Below, piece after piece: positions 33,191 through 44,677 of a stretch of DNA of 64,000 bases. Each line of letters starts with the position of its first letter. Within the stretch, counting starts at the first letter, position 1. This DNA comes from a virus. Lineage: Duplodnaviria; Caudoviricetes. The stretch covers positions 1 through 64,000 of IMG/VR virus record IMGVR_UViG_2832949849_000001. One strand, 5' to 3'. The position numbers and the translations under genes are program-made. Below the pieces are notes generated by a model that did no database searches, had not been told where the DNA came from, and saw nothing but the letters and a program-made list of their open reading frames with translations.

Positions 33191-33613
33191 TTACTCCTGC
33201 TGTGCTTCAGGCACCGCTTCAATGAACACACCATGCGGTGCTACCCATTTGCCAATGCCGTTAAAGCTATTTACATTGCGCTGCAGTGTCGCCATGATTT
33301 CAGCGGTTTTAACCGTCACCACTTGGCTCTCACCACCACGCAAACACACATTGCCAACTTCTGGGTAAGCGACGGTGGCATAAGTACGATTGACCAATAA
33401 AACTGTGGCTGGATAGCGTTCAGGCTCAAATGGTGCAGATGCATTGGCTGTTTCAACTTCCACGGCTTCAGATACAGATGCCATTTGTGTGTTTTCAGCC
33501 TTCACTTTCGCTGCTGCTTTTTTCTGTGCCGCCGTCAATTTAATTACAGGTTGCTCAACACTGGCAGTGTCGCCAGCTTGAGCAACCACGTCTTTTTGAG
33601 TGTCTTCAGACAT
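33191..33613 (-). CDS. Hypothetical protein between capsid and sheath genes
   Basis: Coupled ORF; no recognisable motif. Confidence 0.5.
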   Translation of the reverse strand: MSEDTQKDVVAQAGDTASVEQPVIKLTAAQKKAAAKVKAENTQMASVSEAVEVETANASAPFEPERYPATVLLVNRTYATVAYPEVGNVCLRGGESQVVTVKTAEIMATLQRNVNSFNGIGKWVAPHGVFIEAVPEAQQE

Positions 33614-33631
33614 GGTTGCATCACCTTTCAA

Positions 33632-35347
33632 TTAAAATTTCACATTGATCAAAGCTGCAGAATCAGCACACTGCAAATGCGGATTGACGGTGTCTACACC
33701 GGCTTCAAACACAAATTGACCTGTGATGCCATCTACTGTGGTAGCCAATGGTGAAACCGCCGCACCCAACGCAGTACCAGTGATGTAAGGATTGGCACCT
33801 GCTTGATCGGACGTACCGATACACAACATCGGGAAACCATCAGAAGTGGCAACTAATTCAGGAATTGGGCTGAAATACAATTCATATTTACCCAACAAAC
33901 GACCCAAACGATAAGTGCCTGCACGTGGTTTCACATTGGATGCTTGTAAGATTTCAGGTGGCAAGGTGCCCAAATACGAAGCCGCTGACGCACCGACATA
34001 AATCACACCAATACCATTTAAATTGGTGCGTACAATCATGTCCAAATTGGCCGCCTCAATCGCCTGACCCAAATCCATCATAATGCTGGTGATGGAACGC
34101 TCATTCATACGGTTGGCTTTGTCCATTTCAAAATTGAATACATGGGCTGAAGCAATGCGCCACATGCGACGCACCGCCAAATGATGACGCTCAGCCACAC
34201 TTTGGGTACGAATGGCAGCCATGTTTTGTGAACTTTGATCCAACTTCACATCTACTGCCCATTGGTGGCGTGCTTCTTGTGACACACTGTACAAAGCAGA
34301 TGCATACGTTGCACGAATGGACTTGATGGTGGCGTGTGATTCCACCACTGGACGCTTTCCTTTCATATTGGCATGTTCAAAATCAATCGCGGCACTGAAT
34401 TCAACCACTGAACCTGATGCCAATGCCGGTGTAAACACCGCGGACAAAACGCCTGTGGTAGCGTTACCTGTCACTGTCACCGCTGTACCTGCAGCTGTAC
34501 CTGGCAAATGGAACGATTGTGAGAAGGTAATGGTGGTATCAGAACGATTGGCCATAGGATTGCTTTGACCGACCAACAAACCATTCACATACACACCCAC
34601 TGCTGACGGCAAAATTGGTGAACCTGCCGCATCGACTGACGCATTTTTAATCGTTGCAGCCCAAGTGCCACTGGTGTCAACGGCTTGAGCCATGCGTTGT
34701 GACATCAAGAACGGCTTACCCGCATTCAAGCCATCTAATGAGGCGTACTGTGCGTAATCACCTGAAGCGGCAGCAGCTCGATGACCCACCAAAATCACAC
34801 GACCTTCCAAGCCTTGGTCCATGGCAATGCGGCCACTGAACGGCATCGGTTCAGAATAAGCCATCACAATCGCAGTCAACACTTGGCTCACGCTCATCGC
34901 ACCGCCTGAAGCACTGTTCACATCATCGAATACGGTTTTTTGACTGCCTAAAAATTGGCTTGGTAAACCCAAAAATTCCGCATAATTTTTTGATACCAAT
35001 GGCAGCGTCGAACGCAAAGCATCGTCAGCGACCCAAGCAGGTGCTGCATGACCATGTTCATGAGCAAACATGGCTTCGGATTTGGCAATCGAATCCATCA
35101 CCAAAGAGGCAGTGTTGTAAGGTGCAGCACCTTCGGCAAAAGTCACGGTTTCAGGTAATACTGCCATCAAGTCTTGCACCACTTGTGGCGCACCACTATC
35201 ACGCAAATGATCTTGTACATTGGCATCATCAAACACAGCAATATTGCTTGGCTTGCCACCTGTGACTTTGTCCAAGGTTTGTTTGATGAATTGGTTGGTT
35301 TGATTTTGAACAGACGGTGTCATGCTCTTGGCTGCAGGTTGTGGCAT
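33632..35347 (-). CDS. Major capsid protein (P1 gp23-like)
   Basis: 571 aa, first gene of its operon, GGAG RBS; YRLGRL.GKYELY and VNPH...A.I C-terminus. Confidence 0.7.
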   Translation of the reverse strand: MPQPAAKSMTPSVQNQTNQFIKQTLDKVTGGKPSNIAVFDDANVQDHLRDSGAPQVVQDLMAVLPETVTFAEGAAPYNTASLVMDSIAKSEAMFAHEHGHAAPAWVADDALRSTLPLVSKNYAEFLGLPSQFLGSQKTVFDDVNSASGGAMSVSQVLTAIVMAYSEPMPFSGRIAMDQGLEGRVILVGHRAAAASGDYAQYASLDGLNAGKPFLMSQRMAQAVDTSGTWAATIKNASVDAAGSPILPSAVGVYVNGLLVGQSNPMANRSDTTITFSQSFHLPGTAAGTAVTVTGNATTGVLSAVFTPALASGSVVEFSAAIDFEHANMKGKRPVVESHATIKSIRATYASALYSVSQEARHQWAVDVKLDQSSQNMAAIRTQSVAERHHLAVRRMWRIASAHVFNFEMDKANRMNERSITSIMMDLGQAIEAANLDMIVRTNLNGIGVIYVGASAASYLGTLPPEILQASNVKPRAGTYRLGRLLGKYELYFSPIPELVATSDGFPMLCIGTSDQAGANPYITGTALGAAVSPLATTVDGITGQFVFEAGVDTVNPHLQCADSAALINVKF

Positions 35348-35393
35348 ACTTTTTCTCCAAATAAAAAAACGACATGCGTTGTTGGCATGTCGT

Positions 35394-35434
35394 ATTGTCA
35401 CTTTGATTGCAAGTATGATTTCGCAGCGTTCCCT
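35394..35434 (-). promoter_or_regulatory. Putative late promoter (capsid/sheath operon)
   Basis: AGGGAAC-N28-GACAAT followed by a 9-bp hairpin plus T-tract. Confidence 0.78.
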
Positions 35435-35532
35435 ATATTGCTTTCGATTCGCAAAAAGCTAATCTAACAATGACTGTTTACTGAATATGATAAAATACGC
35501 CATTATATTTAAAAAATAAAAAACCATAATTT

Positions 35533-37433
35533 ATGAACTTCATCGACTTATTCGCTGGTATTGGTGGCTTTCACCTTGCTCTATCCCGTCTTGATATGAA
35601 TTGTGTTTTTGCTTCTGAGATAGACTCTCATGCTCGAGAAGTTTATAAACTCAATCACAAGATTTCTGATGAGATTTTCAATGAGGACATACGCTCTATT
35701 AGTCCTGATGCCATTCCAGACCATGATATTTTATGTGGTGGATTTCCATGTCAGCCGTTTTCGCAAGCTGGGCACAAGCGCGGCTTTGATGATGTTCACA
35801 AATCAGAGCGTGGTAATTTATTTCATTACATAGCAGATATTATTAAAGAAAAACGTCCTAACGCGTTTATTTTAGAAAATGTACGTCATCTTCTTAAACA
35901 TGATGAAGGCCGAACTTTCCAAACAATACGAGACATTCTTGAAAAAGAACTTAATTACACTGTTTATTTTAAAATCATCAAAGCTACTGATTTTGGCCGA
36001 CCTCAACACCGACCTAGAATCTATATTGTTGGATTCAACAATCATACTGTAAACACAGTACCAAGTTTTGAATTCCCAAAACCAACTGGCACCACAATGA
36101 CTATGTCAGACGTATGGGAAGGAGATTGTTCTCGCGAAATTGGTTTTACATTGCGCGTAGGTGGCAAAGGCTCACCTCTAAACGATCGAAGAAACTGGGA
36201 TGGCTATTTAGTTAATGGCCAAGAGGTACGATTATCTCCAAAAGAAGGAAAGCGCATGATGGGCTTTCCTGATGCATTTCAATTATCAAAATCAAAAACA
36301 CAAGCCATGAAGCAATTGGGAAACAGTGTTTGTGTTGACGTAGTTTATCATGTAGGCCTCGCAGTAAAAGAATACCTTGAACAAAATCAGATATCTAAAA
36401 GTGAAAGTGACGGCATGGCAAATTTCAACAAAGGGGAATGGGGAGAGCTGTATGCTTTTTTAAAAGCAATTCAAAATCCTCAAATAAAATTTGGTGATAC
36501 CAATACCAATATTTTAAACACAAACGACTTTATTACTGTTTTTTCATTGCAACATAATGACCAACCATATCAATACACCATACAAAATAATCAATTAATT
36601 ATTTCAGAAAATGGCATATTAATATCAGAGCACAATATTGATGAAATATTAAACCAAGAACGCCTGAATCAGCTTAAAAATGACATTGTTAATTCAAAAG
36701 CAACTTTTGAAATACAAGATCAAAATATACTTGAAACACTCAAAATCAATTCATTTAAAGGCAGCTCTTTTCAAAAAAAGATGTGAGTGTGGGGTTTAAC
36801 TATCAACATATGTGCATTGAAAATGACCCACTGGGAATTAAATCATTTTTAGGTAACAACCCTACCCTTTTAAATGCCTCATCCAATACAAACTTTATTT
36901 TCGAAGTAAATGGGTTCCAAGGCAGAATTGATGATGTCAACTCAATCGATACCAAAAATAAAGTACGTGATCGCATTGCCTATATTTTAGAGCACGGCGG
37001 TAGTTTTACATTTGATAAATGTGAAAAACCAACCTTTGAAGAAAACCTTTTCAGAGTAGACAGCTGCATGCCTCAAATTTTAGGTAATTTACTGTTGCAG
37101 TACTACTCTGGTAGTGGCTCTGAAATCTCACAGTTGATTACTGATGACTCAGAAAAAATCAAAATAAAACGATTGTTAGAAGCCATGTTGCTTGGGATGT
37201 TCCCAAGTAAACTGTGGGATGGCAATTACAGCTCAAATGGCATTATCGTAGTACGTAAATTAGGTGACTTACTGCTGTATCACACTTTAAAGCGTAATAT
37301 TTTAATGAACTACTTATTTGAAAATACAAAACTTGATACGCCATCTACTTCACGCCATGGTTTTGGTAAACTTATTGAAGAAAAGAACGGCTCAAAATTT
37401 TTCAAACTGAATTTACAAATCCGAAATACTTAA
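35533..37433 (+). CDS. C5-cytosine methyltransferase fused in frame to an HpaII-family restriction endonuclease; 1-nt deletion in an A-run near 36775
   Basis: FAGIGG, GFPCQPFS, ENV, PQHRPR, LGNSV; then NKGEWGELY ... GIKSFLG..PTLLNAS..TNF ... DTPSTSRHGFG..KLNLQIR. Confidence 0.8.
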
Positions 37434-37444
37434 AATCAAAAATC

Positions 37445-37478
37445 AAAGCCCACTCATATCATCACATAGTGGGCTTTT
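37445..37478. terminator. Bidirectional terminator
   Basis: AAAGCCCACT...AGTGGGCTTTT between convergent genes. Confidence 0.65.
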
Positions 37479-37481
37479 AAT

Positions 37482-38030
37482 TTAAATCAAATCATTGAAA
37501 TCAGGGTTTGAAGCCTGTTCTAACGGCTGCAAATACACCACACTGGAGCGTCCTTGCGGCAAACTAGAAGGCGATGTAATGCTGGACACCTGATAACCAT
37601 AAGCAAAATCAGGCAAAATCACATACACCCTGTCATGTTTTTTGATTTCGAATTCGCCTTCTATAACCGGCTCAATTAATACTGGCACATCACCGTTACT
37701 CACATTGAAGGTCTGCCAATTGCCCGCATGTTCCGCACCACCATATTGACTGGCAAACACCATTTTGCCCGCTCCCACAATTTCCAATTCATAATCGGCT
37801 TCATCTTCCATGCCCATTTGCATTGCACCACCGAATGTAGCGGCATTGTCAGGATCATTGTCTTCATCAGGACGCAGCGAGATTTTACGGTAGACCACCA
37901 CGTCTTGAGACCAGATGTGATTCATCACCACCATGCGCTTGGCACGGTTGTTGGCATTCGATAAAGGATTGCCATTGCTCCAATCAAGACCCACGTTTGG
38001 CTCCTTCCAAAAGCTTTTGAATCTGAGCAA
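37482..38030 (-). CDS. Hypothetical phage structural protein (true start probably further downstream)
   Basis: Last gene of a late operon; no firm motif. Confidence 0.45.
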   Translation of the reverse strand: MLRFKSFWKEPNVGLDWSNGNPLSNANNRAKRMVVMNHIWSQDVVVYRKISLRPDEDNDPDNAATFGGAMQMGMEDEADYELEIVGAGKMVFASQYGGAEHAGNWQTFNVSNGDVPVLIEPVIEGEFEIKKHDRVYVILPDFAYGYQVSSITSPSSLPQGRSSVVYLQPLEQASNPDFNDLI

Positions 38031-39110
38031 AGACCTCGGGAGTCGTATTTTGCTGAATTTCAGGATTGTTCAATTGACGGTTGATTTCACGAATCGCCTC
38101 CATATTGGCGGCTTTGGCCTGCGCTTTGGCTTTGGCAATCTCGGATGGTGTCATCCCCACACCCGCAATGCTTTTGGCTTTGCGGCTGTTGCTGCTAAAA
38201 GCATCGGTCATGTCAGCAGGAATGGCCGCATTGGCATGTTGGCGGATGCGCTTTTTGTTCCAAGCCTCTTGGCTGATTTGCTCTGCCAATTGTTCAATCT
38301 GCTTTTTACCCATGGTTTGGCTTTGGGCGTTGGATTCCCACGCATTTGTGCAATGTATTGTTTCATGTAGGCAGTGAAAGCAGGCGATTTGGTCAACACC
38401 AACATCACACGTAACACATGCTTACAAGCAATGCCACCCAATTTGGGATTGCGTACCTTAGGAAAACCCGTCTCAGGCTTGCCTTGCGCAAAGCCGCCTA
38501 CGGTAGCCACATAGCGGTACCAAAATCGATGGCGTCCACAATCACAATCAAAACGAATAGGACCGCGTGCCACTGCTTCGGCCATTTTATTGCTGATTCG
38601 GCCACCTGAAATGGCGGCCTGAAAATCCAAAAACTGTACCGATACCGCATGGTGGGTTTGTTTGGACTTGGCACTGGCATTGACCCGAAACACCACCACG
38701 CCTTCTTTGTCACGTCTTGCTGCCACCGCTGTATTGATTTCAGTTTCACAACGCAACAAATCGACCTTACGGCTTTTGTTAATCACGGTTCGTGGATGAA
38801 TGCCACCGCGTACTTGCATGGATTTGAACTTGTCTTGCAACTCGTCCATCGCTTTGGCCAAATGCTGCAAATCATCACGGGTCAATTCTTCGGTCATCAC
38901 CCCACTGGCAATATTGATTTTGGCCAATACCTCTTCAACTTGCGTCGGCTTTAAACCCAAGGCATTGCCCAAAGCCAATATATTGCCCGCTTCGGTGCGC
39001 TCTTGCTCAGCGCGTTTTTCTCGCGCCTCAATCACATCCAGCTGCTGTTTAACCGTTAAAGCGGCTATGGCTTCTTTGTTTTCGGCAACTACTTTATTTC
39101 GTGTGGCCAT
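37984..39110 (-). CDS. SWIM-like Zn-finger phage protein, frameshift near 38320
   Basis: FDCDCGRHRFWYRY...P.VRNP.L.G.ACKH. Confidence 0.6.
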
Positions 39111-39111
39111 A

Positions 39112-39423
39112 TCAATACAAACTCATGCCAGATTTGGTTTTAAGCATTGCGGTGGCTTTGGTAATGGCAATGGCTTGGCTCATGGGAATAAAACGACGCG
39201 CGCCTTCTTGCACCGGCAAATCCACATCATTAAAGCCCACCACAGCAGCAGCCACCAACCAATCCGCACGGTTTTTATACACGAATTGATTGGTGAGACT
39301 GTGATCCAACACTTGGCGTGGCTGAACGTAATGGACTTTGTTCAATTGGTAGGATTTGGCATGTTGCGACGCTTTACGCATCTCACGATAAGCATGGCCC
39401 ACACGCATGGAATCAATCGGCAT
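39112..39423 (-). CDS. Small hypothetical baseplate/tail protein
   Basis: ATG at 39423 abuts the GGGAAC site; coupled to 39110. Confidence 0.45.
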   Translation of the reverse strand: MPIDSMRVGHAYREMRKASQHAKSYQLNKVHYVQPRQVLDHSLTNQFVYKNRADWLVAAAVVGFNDVDLPVQEGARRFIPMSQAIAITKATAMLKTKSGMSLY

Positions 39424-39498
39424 AGGGAACTCACAATCAAATCTATTGGGATGCTTGGATAATAAGCCCACCAACCACCCTTAAATTGAGCGTTCCCC
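39424..39498. promoter_or_regulatory. Overlapping bidirectional late-promoter pair
   Basis: Plus strand AGGGAAC-N27-GATAAT, minus strand GGGGAAC-N27-TATTAT, each site abutting a start codon. Confidence 0.6.
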
Positions 39499-39972
39499 AT
39501 GTCACAAGAAGTGATGATTCGTGCCTCGTTTGGCAGCTATGAAGGCAAACCCGTAGGCATTTTGTCTATGGTGATGGACATTGATGGCAAACCAACTTTG
39601 ATTTGCACCCAAGAAGAAACGCCACCTAAGTTTGGTTTACAGGACGGCTTTATCTTGATCACTGATTTAGATGGTATTGGTGCCACCTTATTGTTTGACC
39701 AAACCCAATTCATCACTGCCATTGAGGCATACAAAGAGCTCAAAGCCAAAGGCACGATTGTATTGGAGCCTAGTTTACAAAAACACGACGTGTCCGATTC
39801 GGTACAGATTGCAGGCTTGAAAGATTCAGGCCGCTTCAATTATCAGGTTCAAAACGTCGGCAATGGCGCAGCTGCCATCTTGGCCACAGCACTGTATTTC
39901 AAAAAATACTGTGGTACCCAAACTGTTTTATCTGGCATGAAAGGCTTCATGAACATGCTGACCACTGTTTAA
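39499..39972 (+). CDS. Hypothetical phage protein
   Basis: 157-aa ORF starting right after the inverted GGGAAC site. Confidence 0.55.
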   Translation: MSQEVMIRASFGSYEGKPVGILSMVMDIDGKPTLICTQEETPPKFGLQDGFILITDLDGIGATLLFDQTQFITAIEAYKELKAKGTIVLEPSLQKHDVSDSVQIAGLKDSGRFNYQVQNVGNGAAAILATALYFKKYCGTQTVLSGMKGFMNMLTTV

Positions 39973-40027
39973 AGCGCCTTTTTAACACTAAGACACTTAC
40001 CGTTAATTTGACCCATAGAGATTTGCC

Positions 40028-40351
40028 ATGACGACCAACACTTATCCAAATAACTTTCAATTATCGTTGATTGACGAAATGGTGGCCATTGAGGGTATCC
40101 AAGACACCACCGAATTTCAGGACGCTTTGCATGCTGCAGCCAAATCATCATTAGAGGCTTTGCAATCTCAAGCCAAAAACCGTGTGGTGTACGTACTTTG
40201 CGGCTCAGATACAGGCATTGAGATGCTGCAGCGTGTGGCCGCTCAATATGGGATGGATTATTTTGAATGTGTGAAGCTGCATACAGAGGCAACCATGCCT
40301 GCTGAGGTTTTACGGGGGCTGCAGTTTATGAATTTGGTTGGGTATTTTTGA
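40028..40351 (+). CDS. Hypothetical phage protein
   Basis: 107-aa ORF followed by a terminator. Confidence 0.5.
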   Translation: MTTNTYPNNFQLSLIDEMVAIEGIQDTTEFQDALHAAAKSSLEALQSQAKNRVVYVLCGSDTGIEMLQRVAAQYGMDYFECVKLHTEATMPAEVLRGLQFMNLVGYF

Positions 40352-40375
40352 GTATGACGAATATTAAAAATATAG

Positions 40376-40405
40376 AAAAACGCCACCAAATTGGTGGCGT
40401 TTTTT
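40376..40405. terminator. Bidirectional terminator, duplicated at 41341-41370
   Basis: AAAAACGCCACCAAATTGGTGGCGTTTTTT. Confidence 0.7.
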
Positions 40406-41510
40406 GTCTTTGAATTTACGCTGCTGCTTTTAAATTCTGATTAATGATAATCGTTACAATTTCATCACATTTTTTTTCAACTTGTAAAGATAAAGACTCT
40501 AATTCATCTAATAATGAATTGATTTGATCATATGTATTTTGCATGTTAATACTCCTTAAGTTAGTTTAAAACTGCTGTTGCTCCAGCAATTTAAATAATT
40601 TGTCACATTCATCTAAGTCATTATTCGACATTGCAACCATAATTGACTCAAGTTGCAACACAACCTGTTTTGAATTGATAAGCGCCTTTTCAATCTCATA
40701 ACTTTGCTCATGAGAAACAAAACAGGAGTCAAATTAGATAGGCTATCAAGTCTAACTAACATTGTTTTAAGTATTACTATAATCTGATCAACACTAGGAG
40801 TTACACACCCATTAACTAAATTATAGTTATAACCATTATTATTAATGGCACCCAATACTTTTTGGGCACTAGAATATGTTTTTCCCAAACATTCTCTGCT
40901 ACTTCTAAGACTCTTTTTGTTATTTTTTGGTTCTGTTGATTCATAATGTAGACCTAATTTTTTGAAAATTAGAATACCTAATAAAAATCAAAATGTTATC
41001 CAGAATATTGTACAGTTTGTTTATATTGCCTGCAATAACTATAAAATACAGCCAAATTATTATTTTAAATTTATTTAAGTAGCCCAATTAAATATGTTTA
41101 ATAAAAATCACTTTAGTAAGTAAGAGATACAATATATCTGAAAGCTTATTATTATGATAATCGCATTATCATAAATTAGGTTTAATATTATAAACATTGT
41201 TGTATTTAAGCAAATTGAGATTATTTTCAAGTAACTTGCTTTCATATCCCGTTCAACTAGACAATGTCAACAATGAGCATTTTTATTTCCAAGTAATAAT
41301 AAATATATTCAAATGTAATAACATACTAATGTTATTTATAAAAAAACGCCACCAAATCGGTGGCGTCTTTCATTCATCCTCAGTCCAAACTCTAACCCAA
41401 ATCCTCGCCTCCATATCCTCATCAAACATGGACCAATTAGTACCTTCATCATCAATGGTGAATTCAAGCGTGCCTGCAAACCAAGTTTCAGGGTAAAATC
41501 CTTGAAGCCT

Positions 41511-44500
41511 TCAGCAGCTGCAATCAATGCTGCAGGTGAATCTCCAACACTCACACCATCCCTCAACAAACTGCCCCACAAACCTTTCAAACCTTGCCTT
41601 AATTCGTGTCAAAGTGGATTCGCGTTCTAAAATTCTTGGCACAAAAGACAAGCTCTTGGCGATTTCATCATCACGCGGCATGGTATTGGTAAAAATAAAG
41701 CTTTCGACCATTGTTTGGAAGCATTCATCTTTCAATTGCTCTTCTTCTACCAATCATGAATGGCTTGCTGTTTTTCTTGCTCCCAAAAGTCTGCAAAAGC
41801 TGTATCAAACGCCTCACTTGATTGAATGCCTGGCAACACTTCTTGCACAAATTTTTCAAGCAACGGCAACTTCACCCGCAATTTAGGTTCTTTAGAGGCA
41901 ATGTCCAAAATGGCTTGAACTTTGCGCATAAAGGTTTCTTGTCCTGAAATCCAATCGCTATGGTCTTCATCGGCCACGCCTTTGAGTAGATTCAGAATGT
42001 AGGCGACGTTGATGATGTCGGTATGGATCAACTCAGTTTCAAAATCCAACTCGTCCAGAACCGAAGTTTTGGCGGCTGGTGCGTCAGTAGGAATTTTCTT
42101 ATGGCGTTTGACCTTGTCGTACAAGTCCAAGTATTTCGATTTGAAACCTTCAAATGTATTGTCGTCCATCGCCAAATCGTCTGTATTGAAGTCGGAGAAC
42201 GATTTTAACGTTGTTTGCAAACGCAATAAGTCACGATAGGCTTTTACAAACTCAGCTTGTTCATTTTCATCAGCCAAAGCATCCACGCTTTGTACCGTCG
42301 GAGTAATACCCAATAAAGCATCCACAGCCTTGTGATATTTGGCCAAATACTCACTGTATGGCTGCAACAGCACTGTTTCATTAGCATTGGTATTGGCAAA
42401 CAAGGTGACAGCCTCATCGGTCTTGTCTTTCAAATTGCGAAAACAAACGATGTTGCCATGGGTTTTGGAAGCATTGTAAATGCGATTGGTACGTGAAAAA
42501 GCTTGAATCAAACCGTGGTATTTCAGGTTTTTATCCACATACAAGGTGTTCAAAGTTTTGGCATCAAAACCGGTCAAGAACATGTTCACCACCAGCAAAA
42601 TATCGATTTGCGCCTCTTGTGGCTGTTTGGCGTGTTTCTCAACTCGTTTGGTGATGTCTTGGTAGTAGTTGTAAAAGCTTGCAGTATCTTTCAAACTGAA
42701 CTGTGAACCGTATTGCTGATTGTAATTGGCAATGAAACGTTCCAAATGGTCACGACTGACTTGAGGCTGCTCACCATCATCACCCATGTCTTGCTGCCCA
42801 TCTTTGTTCTCAGCTTCATTGGCGGCATAGCTGAAAATGGTCGCTACCTTCAACTTCCGATAATTAGGATTATTCGCCAAAGCTTCAGCTTGGACTTTCT
42901 CAAACAACTGGTAATACTTGATCAAAGCCTGCACACTGCTGACACAGAAAATGGCATTGAATTGATAACGGTTGGTTTTCTTTGGATGTGCATCCACAAT
43001 ATAACGAACAATTTTCTCCAAACGGCGCTCGTCTTCCAAAGTCTCTTTACTGGCCGTGGTTTGAATATGGTCAGTTACATCTTCATCTTCGGGCTCTAAG
43101 TCTGAAACAATGTCCAATTCATTGTTAGAAACCCGCTCTTGGGCTTTTTCTTGGTATTTACCCACGTATTCAACCGAAAAACGCAACACATTGTCGTCAC
43201 GAATGGCATCGGTAATCACGTATTTGTGCAAACACTCATTGAACAAGTCTTTGGTGGTCTGAGGGATGCCATTGGCTCGACTGACGTTCTCTTCTAAAAT
43301 TGGCGTACCTGTGAAGCCAAACATCTGTACTTTGGTGAAAAACTTTTTGATATTCTGATGGGTTTGGCCAAACTGACTTCGATGGCATTCATCGAAAATG
43401 AACACCACTTTCTTATCTTGCAAATACGAAATCTGATTTAAATATTTTGGACTAGTCACCGCAATATTCAGCTTTTGCAAAGTGGTGACAATCAGCTTTT
43501 TCTTGCCGCCTTGCGCTTGGCTATCTGTAATTTGCTTAATCAACGACGACGTGTTGGTGGTCGTATCCACACAACCATCAGTATAATGATTGAATTCAAT
43601 TGCTGTTTTGTAATCAAGGTCTTTGCGATCGACCACAAACATCACCAAATCCACTTCTGGCAAGGTCTGTATCACTTGGCTGACCTTAAACGAGGTTAAG
43701 GTTTTGCCTGAGCCTGTGGTATGCCAAATGTAAGCGTTTTGATTCGATAACTTGGCTCGCTCAATCAAGGCCTCCGCCGCATAAAACTGATACGGACGAA
43801 ACAGCATCAACACTTTGTCACCATGATTCAACACTGTGTAATGCGTGATCATCTTTGCCACATGGCAAGGGCGCAAAAAGTGATCAGAAAACTGGTGTAA
43901 GTCCGAATAAATATTATTGTCTTTGTCTGCCCAAGAGAAAGTAAAATCGAAGCTGGCTTGGTGGTTGTTGGCAAAATACTTGGTACTGGCACCATTGCTG
44001 ATGACATAAATCTGCGTGTACAAGAACAAACCATGACCCACCCAATACGAATCACGGTGGTAACGGTCGATTTGATTGAACGCCTCTTTCAAATCCACAC
44101 CCAAACGCTTGAGCTCAATTTGCACCAAAGGCAAACCATTGATCAAAATCGTCACATCAAAACGGGTTTTATAGGTATTTTGTTGGGGATTGTGTATTGT
44201 CACTTGTTGTGTGACTTGGAATTCGTTTTGACACCAATGTTCTTGGTTGATGAATTGAATGCTATGGGTATCACCATTGTCGCGTTGCAATTGGTAACGA
44301 CTGCGCAAAATCTGCGCCCGTTCAAACACCGTACTGCCTTGGCTCAAATAATTAAGCACCAAATGAAACTCTCGCTCGCTCAAAGGTGTGGTGAGTTCAT
44401 TGAATACTTCCAATTGCCGTTTGAGATTGCGCAACATGGTCGCTTCATCAGGCAAAGCCACCAAGTCATAACCCAAACCACTTTTGCTATCACCCGTACC

Positions 44501-44557
44501 AGCCAATTGTACCAATAAGGCTTTTTCCAATTCGTATTCGCTTTGAACCAAACCCAC
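41511..44557 (-). CDS. hsdR: Type I restriction enzyme R subunit, frameshift near 41750
   Basis: RFDVTILINGLPLVQIELK, HTTGSGKT, DECHRSQ, FTGTP, FLTGFD, QAFSRTNR. Confidence 0.93.
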
Positions 44558-44677
44558 TTCCCCTTATATTTTAAGCTTAATCTTTTTATTTAGATGATAC
44601 TGTCATCATTCACAGTATAAAACATGCTCAGAGGATTTTGTAAGCATCTGGGCATGTTTTGGTCGTTAACTTAAAAA

